This document shows, in pieces, positions 14,788-26,950 of a stretch of 64,000 nucleotides of DNA; position 1 is the first letter of the stretch, and every line of letters starts with the position of its first letter. Origin of the DNA: Macrostomum lignano (Eukaryota); the NCBI GenBank assembly GCA_002269645.1, contig NIVC01000260.1, forward strand, positions 434,001-498,000, in the 5' to 3' direction. The translations under genes were made by a program, and so were the position numbers. Below the pieces are notes generated by a model that ran no database searches, was not told where the DNA came from, and worked only from the letters and a program-made list of their open reading frames with translations.

Positions 14788-15540
14788 ATGGAATCAAGGG
14801 CAAAGGAGTTCTGGAAACCAGAATGGAAAATAAAGGATGAATTCACGCAAAGAACAAATGAAAAAATTGACCAAAATGAGACCATGAACTCAACTGACAC
14901 AGTGATTCTTGAAGGTCGCGAGTTCGCCGTTCATCCTGGCGTTTTCTCGCCATCAATTTTCATTGGGTCGAAATTTTTGTGCAACAAGCTGTGCGAGTTC
15001 CTGCCGGACTCTGGCACCTTTCTTGAAATCGGCAGCGGCTGCGGTTGCGTGGCAGTTCTGGTGGCTCAGAATCGGCCTCGGCTTCGCATATTTGCCGTCG
15101 ACATCAGTCAGAGTGCGTTGGAGAACACGCTGGAGAATCTGAAGCGTCACCGACTCACTGACAGGGTGAAGGTCACCCAGAGTGACGTCATGGACGCCTT
15201 CGTTGACGCGGGAGAAGTCGAGAAGTTTGACTGCGTCTTCTGGAACTATCCGTTTCATCACACAGACAAGTCGATCGGTCAGCTGACAATGACCGAACGC
15301 GCCATTCGCGATCCGAACTACGCCTGCCTGCACAAACTGTTTGATCAGGCCAGCCAACTAGTGTCGCCTGGCGGGAAAGTCCTGATCGGATTTTCTATTA
15401 AAATGGGCATTGTCGAGGCTCTGGTAGCCATAGCTAGGCATTACGGTTGGCAAACGCAAGAGAAAGCAAACGGGCTTGACTTTGAAGGAGAGAGGACTTC
15501 GATGGCCATCTTTGAGTGCGTTCGGTTCAATGACGCTTGA
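14788..15540 (+). CDS. Intronless class I SAM-dependent methyltransferase, HemK/PrmC-like (250 aa)
   Basis: FAVHPGVFSP; motif I FLEIGSGCG; AVDIS; motif IV FDCVFWNYPF; uninterrupted ORF. Confidence 0.85.
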   Translation: MESRAKEFWKPEWKIKDEFTQRTNEKIDQNETMNSTDTVILEGREFAVHPGVFSPSIFIGSKFLCNKLCEFLPDSGTFLEIGSGCGCVAVLVAQNRPRLRIFAVDISQSALENTLENLKRHRLTDRVKVTQSDVMDAFVDAGEVEKFDCVFWNYPFHHTDKSIGQLTMTERAIRDPNYACLHKLFDQASQLVSPGGKVLIGFSIKMGIVEALVAIARHYGWQTQEKANGLDFEGERTSMAIFECVRFNDA

Positions 15541-16065
15541 TGACTAACGAATGGAGAATTCACTAGTGACGAGACAGTGAGCATAAACTGGCCCTATCTA
15601 TTAGCAATAGTATAGTTATAGTAGTATTTTACAGCCAAGTATATTTTTTAAACTTTTTTATTTGACAGACAGTGAGGAAAAGCACTTCAACTCAATGTTG
15701 TCAAGAGTTGCCAATGTCTTGTCATTTTTTATCATCTATATACTTTCAAAGCTACCGGTTGCTATTGGTGCTATAAAGGATACAGTAACTCCTGTCGGTT
15801 TGAGTTTGTTTTGAGCACTGGTCCGGCTCGTACAGGAGCTATAGAGTCCATGGAAACCCTGGTAAATTAATAGATCTTCTGATGAAATTAATCCAATTGT
15901 GACAAGTCTTAGTCAACTTTGCTGTCAAAATCCATACAAGATTTTCTTATATAAATTGTTTTTGTATTTTGGCACATTGTCAACTATTTTCGATGCACAC
16001 GTACAGTAACGGGACTAAAATATTACGTAATTAGAACCTACATAGAAATACAGAGTCTTGATGTT

Positions 16066-16130
16066 CTCCACCTGAGCGTCGGTGAACAACAGCAGGTAGC
16101 AGTCTCTCAGCTTGCTGTTGTACAGCACGT
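16066..16130 (-). pseudogene. Inverted 65-bp copy of the 3' (PAN) part of the lectin gene
   Basis: Reverse complement matches 18181-18245 at 60/65 nt (hand alignment). Confidence 0.85.
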
Positions 16131-16149
16131 ACCTGCTCTAACGCAGTGC

Positions 16150-16232
16150 GTTTTTGCTAAAATCGATCACACACATACCGACAGACCATTTTTAGTATAT
16201 TGGACTAGCAATCAGCGTCCATCGTTGCGGAG
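16150..16232 (-). mobile_element. Helitron head-to-tail junction remnant
   Basis: The minus strand reads CTCCGCAACGATGGACGCTGATTG-CTAG|TCCAATATACTAAAAATGGTCTGTC. The 25 nt after the junction (16204 downward) are identical to 2421-2445. Confidence 0.8.
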
Positions 16233-16914
16233 ACAAGATTGAATGGAATAACTGTTTTAATCTTTGAGTCTGTGTATCTCAGCAATTCATCTAAAATACA
16301 ACAGAGTATACTGTTTCGGATGCTAAATTAAAGAAGTGATGATCTTCACTTGCCCCGGATCAAATGCAAATCGTTGATTTTGTGATTAAAAAAAGATTTC
16401 GATCCCTAATCTTCGCAGTTTAGCTATTTTTTTAGGAAATTGGCCTCCAAAAACTTACACGATCTTAAAAGTTTTTTGTCCTGTTATATACTACAGTAAA
16501 ATAACCATCAGCCAGGAGGTTGTTGTCACCAAACCATCCAGATATTGTCTAAACTGACTGATACAGACAGAATTGCATGCTTATTTAGCAACTGAAAGCT
16601 AGTAGCGACTCTCGTCAAACCCAGTCAACGGAAGAAGATGGACGGGCAAGCCAGTCAACAGATAATCAAGCCGGTTTTCGATTCCGCGCTTGCATAGACT
16701 CCAAAACCAACATGAGCTGATTTAGCGGACTGGCTGAAAAGCGGGAAAACCTACATGTATTTAAGGTGGAAAGGAAGTCAGGCGACGCGAAGTATAGTCA
16801 ACAGTCACCCAGCAAAGCTGACAAATCATTTTTGGAAGCAAGCAAAGCATGTTTCCTGCGAGTTCACTCATTTCCGGAAAAAATTACTAGCATTAGAATT
16901 CGGTATGAGGCTGC

Positions 16915-16985
16915 AGCAGTCCCTGGACCTGCTGTCGTGTCCCCGCACCGTTTCACACCCCTGCAGGCTGGTCTGTGCCTGTTCA
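16915..16985 (+). pseudogene. Degenerate copy of the 5' part of the lectin gene
   Basis: CAGTCCCTGGACCTGCTGTCGTGTCCCCGCACCGTTTCACACCCCTGCAGGCTGG aligns, with indels, to 17614-17660 (CPAPFTMQAGRCFF vs ...PLQAGLCLF). Confidence 0.6.
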
Positions 16986-17561
16986 CACCGTTGTTTGCGG
17001 GTGGTTCGGTTGAATCACTTCTTTAAATCGATTTTTTTGCTCCGTCGACAACCTTTAATCCATAAATTGATCCCATTAGCTCGTAAATAATGCTTTTATA
17101 GGTTTTATTGTTTCACAGGTAGACATGCATGCAGAGACAGAGGCTTTTCTTGTTTACAGAGGTTGCTTGAGCGTCTGCAGCGTCTCCCAGTCTCAAATGC
17201 TCGCAACCACATTAATGTGCAAACTTGAACAGCCTCAGCTTCTGGGTACTGCACTGCTTGGAGTGTAAGTTAAGTTAGAGCCAAGCTTTGATTAGTCAGG
17301 CGGGACAGACAGATTCCGATTCGAGAGAGAAGCCTCAATGCTACTAGATGGACTTGAGCGTTAAGCCAATGATGGGAGCAGTCAGAGGTACAAAATCAGC
17401 TATTTAAGATACGCCTGACGCTGGCTGAATGCATCTTAACTCATTGTAGAGACGCCACAGTTTTGCACCTTGAGCATTGGTAACGTTTGCCCCGGGAGTT
17501 GAACTATTTTCTAATTAGGAAAACAGCAGAAGAGCACCCAATCTATAATTTGTGAGCGTCA

Positions 17562-18293
17562 ATGATGCAGCCATTGCTGCTGCTGCTGCTCCTACTGAGA
17601 TGCCAGCTGCTGCAGTCGCAGGGCCTGCCGTGTCCCGCACCGTTCACCATGCAGGCTGGACGGTGTTTTTTTGTGAGCACAACTCAAAGCCACAGCTGGT
17701 GCTCAGCCAATCGGCAGTGCGCATCGATCGGAGGCGAGCTCGTCAACTCGCACAGCTCCATCCAGAAGTTTCGAAAGGGGAGAATCCGCGGTGCCAACTG
17801 CAGCTGCAACCTGTGGGTCGGGCTGAGCGACCTGGCCGATGAGAGAAACCGGAACAGAGCCGGCTGGCAGAGGGTCAACGGATACGGCATCTTCCCGGGG
17901 GACGGCAGCCTGTTTAGGAACAGTGAGCCGAATGGCGGAGTTATCGCCAACTGCCTCCGACTGTACAACGGCAGTTACTTGGCTGACAAAAGTTGCAAAT
18001 CGAACTTCGGGTTCACCTGCGAGCTCACGGCCGGTGCCCGACCGCCGACTGCCGGCGTCTGGACGCCTACCGCCTTCAATCGCCAGAGCTTCAACACCGA
18101 GTACTGCTTCACCGATGTACCGAATGTGAGCAGCGCTTTTGAATGCTTTGCAGCCGCTATGATTGACGGCAGCTGCAGACACGTGCTGTACAACAGCAAG
18201 CTGAGAGCCTGCCGCCTGCTGCTGTTCACCGATGCTCAGGTGGAGGTGGAGATCGAGACGAGCGCCGACTGGGTCAAACTGCAACTGGTCTAA
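17562..18293 (+). CDS. Secreted C-type lectin domain + PAN/apple-like domain protein (243 aa, single exon)
   Basis: Leu-rich signal peptide; CPAPF...GRCFF, LWVGLSD, EPN motif, C-type Cys pattern; C-terminal SAFECFAAAM..C..VLYN...CRLL (PAN-like). Confidence 0.85.
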   Translation: MMQPLLLLLLLLRCQLLQSQGLPCPAPFTMQAGRCFFVSTTQSHSWCSANRQCASIGGELVNSHSSIQKFRKGRIRGANCSCNLWVGLSDLADERNRNRAGWQRVNGYGIFPGDGSLFRNSEPNGGVIANCLRLYNGSYLADKSCKSNFGFTCELTAGARPPTAGVWTPTAFNRQSFNTEYCFTDVPNVSSAFECFAAAMIDGSCRHVLYNSKLRACRLLLFTDAQVEVEIETSADWVKLQLV

Positions 18294-18850
18294 CATTACT
18301 GCTTGGATTTTCCTTTTGAAAAAATATTTAAGATCTTATTGATTCGCAAATCGACTTACAAAAAGACACGAATAAAATGGCGTTTGCACGAAACGGATGT
18401 GCAACTAGAGAACAAGGACGATCGGAAATTTTCGGCAAAGTTGCAGCTCTTCCTGTCTCTCTATTGTACTTTTCTAGCGAGGAATTAGTCTATGGCAAAA
18501 CTCCACCCAGCTCTGTTTAGAAAACGCAACTGTACATGTCATACAAGTTAGGTCAACGTATAAAATTCAGATAGGTAGAGGTGACGTGTATGCAAAAAAG
18601 TAGGACAGCAAATTAAATAACGCACAGCGACACACTATCTTTGCTCTAAACTGTTGAAAATATCAACGGCGAACCAACAGCGCTGATTACGAGCACAGAT
18701 AACACGAAAGATTAGTAGTGAGCTCGAACTAAGCTGAGACTCGGACTTATAAGCGTTTCTCATAGCCTTTAATTCGAGCTTTCAAGTGAGAAGTGTTTTC
18801 AAACTGCAATCACAGTACATGGTGAACAGCTGCAGGTGCACAATAATCGC

Positions 18851-21800
18851 ATGGCTCTGGAACGTACCAGCAACAGCTTCCACTGGGCAGACTACGTCAT
18901 CCTAGTCTTGTCGTTGCTCATTTCGTGCTCAGTGGGGATCTACTTTGCCTTGTCGGGCGGTAAGCAGAAGACAACAGCCGAGTATCTCATGGGAGATCGC
19001 AGTATGAGACTGGTGCCAGTGTCCGTGTCTCTGGTGGCCAGCTTCCTGTCCGCCATCCTCATCCTGGGCCATCCGGCCGAGATCTACCTGAACGGCATTG
19101 GGTTTCACTTTCACCTGATCGGCGCAACCATTGCGTACCTGACGACAGCGTTTCTGTTCGTTGGACTGTTCTATCAGCTGCGAATAACCAGCGCCTTCGA
19201 GGTAACTGGAGGCATTTTTCGATAAAGCTGCTTGTAGTTATTTTCTGCGGTCTGCGACTGCCGCAATTTGATTGCCAGTGACAATTTGACTGTCAGTGAC
19301 AATTGACTGTCAGGTGACAATTCACTGTCAGGTGATAATTCACTGTCAGGTGACAATTCACTGTCAGGTGACAATTCACTGTCAGGTGACAATTCACTGT
19401 CAGGTGACAATTCACTGTCAGGTGACAATTCACTGTCAGGTGATAATTCACTGTCAGGTGACAATTCACTGTCAGGTGACAATTCACTGTCAGTGACAAT
19501 TCACTGTCAGGTGATAATTCACTGTCAGGTGACAATTGACTGTCAGTGACAATTGACTGTCAGTGACAATTGACTGTCAGTGACAATTGACTTTCAGGTG
19601 ACAATTGACTGTCAGTGACAATTGACTGTCAGTGACAATTGACTGTCAGTGGCAATTGACTGTCAGTGACAATTGACTTCAGTGAAATTGACTGTCAGGT
19701 GACAATTGACTGTCAGTGACAATTGACTGTCAGGTGACAATTGACTGTCAGTGACAATTGACTGTCAGTGACAATTGACTGTCAGTGACAATTGACTGTC
19801 AGGTGACAATTGACTGTCAGTGACAATTGACTTTCAGGTGACAATTGACTGTCAGTGACAATTGACTGTCAGTGACAATTGACTTCAGTGAAATTGACTG
19901 TCAGGTGACAATTGACTGTCAGTGACAATTGACTGTCAGGTGACAATTGACTGTCAGTGACAATTGACTGTCAGGTGACAATTGACTGTCAGTGACAATT
20001 GACTGTCAGTGACAATTGACTGTCAGTGACAATTGACTTCAGTGAAATTGACTGTCAGGTGACAATTGACTGTCAGTGACAATTGACTGTCAGGTGACAA
20101 TTGACTGTCAGTGACAATTGACTGTCAGGTGACAATTGACTGTCAGTGACAATTGACTGTCAGTGACAATTGACTGTCAGTGACAATTGACTGTCAGTGA
20201 CAATTGACTGTCAGTGACAATTGACTTTATCCTGTGCCTTTTCGTATGTCACGGATTTCTGCCAGAAACAGTATCGCACTGCTCAAACCAAACCCATCTC
20301 AAACACAAAACCAGTATCTGGAGCAGAGATTCCAATCTAAGCTGGTGCGCTGCATCGGGACCCTCCTGAATTTGGTCATCATGGTAAGTCATAGCGAGTT
20401 GGTACAATTAATAAAATCGAATTTGCTGTACTAACTGATTAAAACAAGATGGATTTCAGATCATGTACGCTGGCAGTGCCATATTTGCACCATGTACAGC
20501 CACTGAGAGAGGTAACAAAATTATTCGGCACCTATTTTATGAATCTATATTAGAGGAATTAAAAACAAAACATGCAAGGACTACTCAAGTAGCATACATA
20601 GGACGCAACACTCGATATCTGTGGTAAATGTTTTGAAGGCAACTTTTCGCCGAAACTACACTACGGAGATAGGAAATATCACGATTTTCAACACTGAAAC
20701 AGTGATTGGGTCTCTTAGCAGTGTCAGAGAAAGTTCTAATCACACTATTCTGTGCCTCACATGCTGCTCTAACGATTTTTCATGTTAAATTGGTCTCGTC
20801 ATTATTTTTAAAGTTTTCTCAAATGAAGCTTTATGAATATCGATAGAGCAATAAGAAAGGCACAGCATATCAAAAGATGAACACTGGATCTGCCTCCTAT
20901 CCAAAGCAATAACAATTTTTATGCTGAAAAAATTAAAACCTCCTATCTCTGTAGTGTATTTATAGATTTCGAGTGTTGCGTCCTTTTACTTAAGTTGTCC
21001 TTGTACATGTGAAAGTCAACAGTCAAGGATGGTGGAGAAGTTAGATGGAGAAGAATGAAGGGAGAAAAGCTCACGGATAGGAAGAGTGCAAGGATGGGGA
21101 AGGAATGGAAAAGTGGACAGTGTGTTCAGAATACAGGGGAGCAAGAGCATCTCCCAGCGGCCCATTCTCCACTGCAACCACTTGCAGTCACGGACAGCGC
21201 AGTCCGTCGCGAGTACGTGATAGCCGCCTGCGGCATAATCGGCACTTTTTACACTCTGCTCGGCGGCATGAAGGCGGTGGTCTGGGTTGATGCCATCCAA
21301 GCTGGCATCATGCTGGCTGGCACTGTGGCTGTTGCTGTCAAGGTGATCAACTACCTGAGTCTCCACGGTCTTTTAGTATTATGACATGAGCAGAGTACGT
21401 TAGAAATGAAGATTGTAACTTGTGAAGATTGTAACTTGTGAAGATTGTAACTTGTGAAGATTGGAACTTGTGAAGATTGGAACTTGTGAAGATTGGAACT
21501 TGTGAAGATTGTAACTTGTGAAGATTGTAACTTGTGAAGATTGTAACTTGTGAAGATTGTAGGTTGTGAAGATTGTAGGTTGTGAAGATTGTAGGTTGTG
21601 AAGATTGGAGCTTGTGAAGATTGTAGGTTGTGAAGATTGGAGCTTGTGAAGATTGTAGGTTGTGAAGATTGGAGCTTGTGAAGATTGGAACTTGTGAAGA
21701 TTGGGGCTTGTAAAGATTGAAGCTTGTGAAGATTGGAGCTTGTGAAGATTGTAGGTTGTGAAGATCGGAGCTTGTGAAGATTGTAGGTTGTGAAGATTGG

Positions 21801-24800
21801 AGCTTGTGAAGATTGTAGGTTGTGAAGATTGAGGCTTGTGAAGATTGGAGCTTGTGAAGATTGAGGCTTGTGAAAATTGGAGCTTGTGAAGATTGAAGCT
21901 TGTGAAGATTGTAACTTGTGAAGATTGTAGCTTGTGAAGATTGTAAGTTGTGAAGATCGGAGCTTGTGAAGATTGTAAGTTGTGAAGATTGGACCTGTGA
22001 AGATTGGGCTTGTGAAGATTGGAGCTTGTGAAGATTGGAGCTTGTGAAGATTGGAGCTTGTGAAGATTGGAGCTTGTGAAGATTGTAACTTGTGAAGATT
22101 GGAGCTTGTGAAGATTGGAGCTTGTGAATATTGGAGCTTGTGAAGATTGTAGCTTGTGAAGATCGGAGCTTGTGAAGATTGGAGCTTGTGAAGATTGTAG
22201 CTTGTGAAGATTGGAGCTTGTGAAGATTGGAACTTGTGAAGATTGGAAATTGTGAAGATTGGGGCTTGTGAAGATTGAAGCTTGTGAAGATTGGGGCCTC
22301 TGAAGTCTCGTGCTTGTAAAGTTTAGAAATTCACCAGCAGATGTCACGAGCATTCTCTTTACAGTTTTCTTTCATATCCCTCAGGCCGTGGTTGATTCAG
22401 GCGGGTTTGGCCAAATGTGGCAGCTGAACATGGACTACGGCAGGCTGCAGTTGCCACCGTTGACTGCGGACCCGAGGGAGCGCCACTCGCTGTGGGGCAT
22501 GATCTTCGGCCAGGCGATGTACTGGCTGATTCAGGTGGCCGTCAGTCAGCCGTCTGTGCAGCGGTACTGCTCACTGCCAAGTCTCCGAGCTGCTAAGTTG
22601 TGAGAACTGATGAGCTCTTTGAGCTTCTTGTCGGTGTCTAAGGCTTGTAGCCCAGTGGTAAGAGCGTCGGGTTCACGACTGGAAGGTCGGGGGTTCGATT
22701 CTCAACCTACTCGGAACAACTTGTGTCTTTAAGCTTAACTCTGCATTGCTTCAGTTCACCCAGCTGTAAAATGGGTGCCAGCATTAGCTGGGGTAATTGA
22801 GGCTGTGTGTGGCGACCCCCAAGCCCCCCAGACCTTGGACTGAACAGCCGCACGCAGCCTTCAGATGCGCCGCGCAATAGCTGCGCCTGAGCTGTCGGTT
22901 GCACATCTGGCACATTGGGACAGGCGTAATCAATTATTATTATTATTAATATTATTATTATTTTATTGTTTCTAAGAATATTTGAAGGCTTGCGATTCAA
23001 GGTTAATGGGATAAAAGAAACAGCCTGTTTATCGGTTTTCTGTGTGGCTGTTTCATTCCTTTAACTACATGGCTGTCTGTCGAAGGAACAATTTCATATT
23101 GAGTTTATAGTCAACAAGTACCTGCGCTTTAACAAATCAATAAGAGCAAGGCTCGCTTGTATTGAAAATCATCACATTATGTAGATAAACTAAATAATCA
23201 AAAACATGCTTCTTAAAACAACCCAGCTCCCTAATAAACGCGCTAACTCCTAAGTAGACTGTCAATAAACACACCTTCTTGATTAGTACAGCTTAATGAT
23301 TACAACAAAATCTAAACACGCCTGAATATAAACACAAATAAATAAGTACACACGTAAATTTAAACACAACAAAATATAAACACATTTGAATATAAACACA
23401 ATTTAAACGCACCTAAAAAGCACAACTCCGTGATAAACAACCCCAGCAACGCCATCCCGCAGGAGCGTGGTGTTCGGCCTCGTCGGCCACTGGATCATGG
23501 TCAGCGTGTGCACCCTGGTGGGGCTGGCGATCTTCGGCCGCTACGCCTCCGTGGCCTGCGACATCCACACCGCAGGCTGGGCGGACACCAACCAGATCGT
23601 CACCTACTACGTGATGGAGCGAATGAGCGTACCCGGATTTCCGGGTTTGTTCACGGCCGCTCTGCTGGCTGCCGCTCTGTCGTCAGTGTCCTCGTCGCTG
23701 AGCTCCGTGTCCACCATCGCCTGGACCGACCTGCTGCGGCCGTACGCGTGCAAGAAGGTGACCGGCGGTGCACCTTGGCAACCCATCTGCTATATTGTTT
23801 ATACTGTTTATACTATATATTGTTTAAAGCCTCCCCTTCCAGCACCAAACCTAAACCAAAGCCTACACCAATATCTACTAGACCTACACCAGAACCTACT
23901 AGACCTACACCAGAACCTACTAGACCTACACCAATATCTACTAGACCTACACCAGAACCTACTAGACCTACACCAATATCTACTAGACCTACACCAGAAC
24001 CTACTAGACCTACACCAGAACCTACTAGACCTACACCAATATCTACTAGACCTACACCAGAACCTACTAGACCTACACCAATATCTACTAGACCTACACC
24101 AGAACCTACTAGACCTACACCAATATCTACTAGACCTACACCAGAACCTACTAGACCTACACCAGAACCTACTAGACCTACACCAGAACCTACTAGACCT
24201 ACACCAGAACCTACTAGACCTACACCAGAACCTACTAGACCTACACCAGAACCTACTAGACCTACACCAGAACCTACTAGACCTACACCAGAACCTACTA
24301 GACCTACACTAGAACCTACTAGACCTACACCAGAACATACTAGACCTACACCAGAACCTACTAGACCTACACCAGAACCTACTAGACCTACACCAATATC
24401 TACTAGACCTACACCAGAACCTACTAGACCTACACCAGAACCTACTAGACCTACACCAGAACCTACTAGACCTACACCAGAACCTACTAGACCTACACCA
24501 GAACCTACTAGACCTACACCAGAACCTACTAGACCTACACTAGAACCTACTAGACCTACACCAGAACATACTAGACCTACACCAGAACCTACTAGACCTA
24601 CACCAGAACCTACTAGACCTACACCAGAACCTACTAGACCTACACCAAAACCCTACTAGACCTACACCAGAACCTACTAGACCTACACCAGAACCTACTA
24701 GACCTACACCAAAACCTACTAGACCTACACCAAAACCTCCCAGCTGCCAGAATCCCGGGCTACACTGGTTGCCAAGTCGCTGGTAGCCGCTGCCGGTCTC

Positions 24801-26127
24801 CTCAGCACGGCGGTGGCGTACATCGTGGCCCAGTTAGGCGGCACCATCATCCAGGCGGTGACCACATTCCTAGGCGCGGCGGCGGGCCCCAGCGTCGGCT
24901 TGTTCCTTCTTGGCTGCCTGTTCCCCTGCGCAAACTGGCTCGGGGCCGCGGTGGGCCCCCTGGTGGGCCTGGCCTGCTCCATGTGGATCGGCATCGGGGC
25001 CTACAGTATCAGCAGGGAGAATGTGAGACTGCCCGCCAATATCACCGGCTGCCAGTTGGAACAGCAGTTCTCTACTACCGATACTACTGCTGCTAGTAGT
25101 ATCATGACGAGCAGCCTGGACTGGGGCAGCACAGAGGGAGGATTGACTGAGAAGTCTTCGAGCGGGTGAGCCTGTAGATGCCAACCTGCAGACGGAGAAG
25201 CTGTGTGAGTGTGAGTTGCGGAAGTGTGAGCTGTGTGAGGGGTGTGAACTGTGTGAAAGGAGTGTGAGCTGTGTGAAGGGTGTGAACTGTGTGAACAGAG
25301 TTGTCGGGGGAGGGTGTGGGGAGGGAGAGTGCGGGGAGGCGGGGAGGGTGTGGGGAGGCAGGGGGTGGAGAATTGGGTAGGGTGTGGTGAGGCAGGGGGT
25401 GGGGAGTCGGGGAGGGTGTGGGGAGGCAGGGGGGGGGTCGGAGAGGGTGTGGGGAGGCAGGGGTGGGGAGTCGGAGAGGGTGTGGGGAGGCATGGGGGTG
25501 GTTAGTCGGAGAGGTGTGGGGAGGCAGGGGGTGGGGAGTCGGGGAGGGTGTGGGGAGGCAGGGGGTGGTTAGTCAGAGAGGGTGTGGGGAGGCAGGGGGG
25601 TGGGGAGTCGGGGAGGGTGTGGGAATATTAAAATGAAATCAGTGGGAAACGCCAGAACAAATCACAAACGCACCAAATTCACCCAGGTTTCTTCAAGAGT
25701 ACATCTACACAATCAGCTACGTGTGGACCCCAGTCGTGGGTGTTCTGGTCACAGTGTCTGTTGGACTTGTCTGCAGCTGCTTGAGTAAGTGCTGCAGATA
25801 CTACTCATACCTAGTAGCAGGCACCTTCATCCCAATCCAGCCTCATTTCCTGTCTCTGCCGTCATTAAAGCCTGGCGCAGCTCGTGGCTGAAGTGCGGCA
25901 TCGAGCCGATAAAAGTGCAACGCCGACATCTGCTGGCCGGCGTGGCTCGCCTGTACGAGGCGGCGGGCTGCGGAGGCTGCTTGGCGAAGGATGAGGCGGC
26001 GGGGGTGGGCAATCAGGAGGCTGAGGATGGCAACCTGGAGAAGAGAAGGAGCAAATCTGCGGTGGGAGCTCGGGTTCATGTAAGCAGCTGTTGCTGGATT
26101 GTGGAGGTTGCGTTTGATGTTATATGA
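18851..26127 (+). CDS. SLC5 sodium:solute symporter (SMCT/SMVT/NIS-like), 9 exons, 647 aa
   Basis: Exons 18851-19201, 20315-20383, 20460-20511, 21188-21342, 22385-22599, 23463-23757, 24744-25165, 25687-25784, 25841-26127. All GT-AG and phase-consistent (1944 nt). Motifs [43 protein letters not shown]. Confidence 0.9.
19277..20226 (+). repeat. 17/18-bp dyad-rich minisatellite CTGTCA(G)GTGACAATTGA in SLC5 intron 1
   Basis: Tandem units containing TGTCA-G-TGACA and CAATTG palindromes. Confidence 0.95.
21405..22295 (+). repeat. 16-bp minisatellite TTGTGAAGATTGGAGC in SLC5 intron 4
   Basis: About 55 tandem units. Confidence 0.95.
22641..22975 (+). mobile_element. tRNA-derived SINE in SLC5 intron 5
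   Basis: A box TAGCCCAGTGG, B box GGTTCGATTCT. Central TTGCTTCAGTTCACCCAGCTGTAAAATGGGT resembles conserved SINE central domains (CORE/Deu-like). (ATT)n tail. Confidence 0.8.
23850..24738 (+). repeat. 21-bp minisatellite ACCTACACCAGAACCTACTAG in SLC5 intron 6
   Basis: About 42 units; source of the spurious PTPEPTR ORF. Confidence 0.95.
25200..25625 (+). repeat. GT-rich then G-rich degenerate repeats (GGGAGGGTGTGGGGAGGCAGGGGG) in SLC5 intron 7
   Basis: Direct reading; many GGG runs. Confidence 0.85.
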
Positions 26128-26134
26128 TCATCGC

Positions 26135-26950
26135 TGAACCCCCTCCCTGAAGTTTTGCTTCAGTTTCCAAAGCCCCCCCTGAAGTTTTATTTCAGTATCC
26201 AAACCCACTCCCTGAAGTTTTGTTTCAGTATCCGAAGCCCCTGAAGTTTAGTTTCAGTTTCCGAGCCCTCCCTGAAGTTTTTTCTCAGTTCCCGAACCCC
26301 CACCCTGAAGTTTTGCTTCAGTTTCCAAAGCCCCTCCCGGAAGTTTTTTTCAGTTTCCAAAGCCCCACCCTGAAGTTTAGTTTCAGTTTCCGAGCCCTCC
26401 CTGAAGTTGTGTTTCAGTTCCCAAAGCCCCTCCCTGAAGTTTTGTTTCAGTATCCGAACCCCCTCCCTGAAGTTGTGTTTCAGTTTCCAAAGCCCCTCCC
26501 TGAAGTTTTGCTTCAGTTTCCAAAGCCCCTCCCTGAAGTTTTGCTTCAGTTTCCAAAGCCCCTCCCTGAAGTTTTTATTTCAGTTTCCAAAGCCCCTCCC
26601 TGAAGTTTTTTTTCAGTATCCGAACCCCCTCCCTAAAGTTTTTTGTTCAGTTTCCAAAGCCCCTCCCTGAAGTTTTATTTCAGTTTCCAAAGCCCCTCCC
26701 TAAAGTTTTATTTCAGTATCCGAACCCCCTCCCTGAAGTTTTTATTTCAGTTTCCAAAGCCCCTCCCTGAAGTTTTATTTCAGTATCCGAACCCCCTCCC
26801 TGAAGTTTTTTTTTCAGTTTCCAAAGCCCCTCCCTGAAGTTTTATTTCAGTTTCCAAAGCCCCTCCCTAAAGTTTTATTTCAGTATCCGAACCCCCTCCC
26901 TGAAGTTTTTTTTCAGTTTCCAAAGCCCCTCCCTGAAGTTTTATTTCAGT
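26135..26950 (+). repeat. 33-bp minisatellite CAGTTTCCAAAGCCCCTCCCTGAAGTTTTATTT
   Basis: About 24 units starting just after the SLC5 stop codon. Confidence 0.95.

Noticed and set aside
22607-22628. Hammerhead ribozyme core CTGATGA-GCTC-TTT-GAGC
   Set aside because: Stem II is followed by TTCT rather than the required GAAA, and no stems I/III are evident.
22641-22715. Functional tRNA gene (also at 54715-54786)
   Set aside because: A and B boxes are present, but the acceptor and anticodon stems are imperfect and the sequence runs on into SINE body and tail.
25785-25886. SLC5 exon 8 read-through ending ...PGAARG*
   Set aside because: A strong GTAAGT donor and an in-phase acceptor at 25840 give a more family-like C-terminus. 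Read-through remains possible as a minor isoform.
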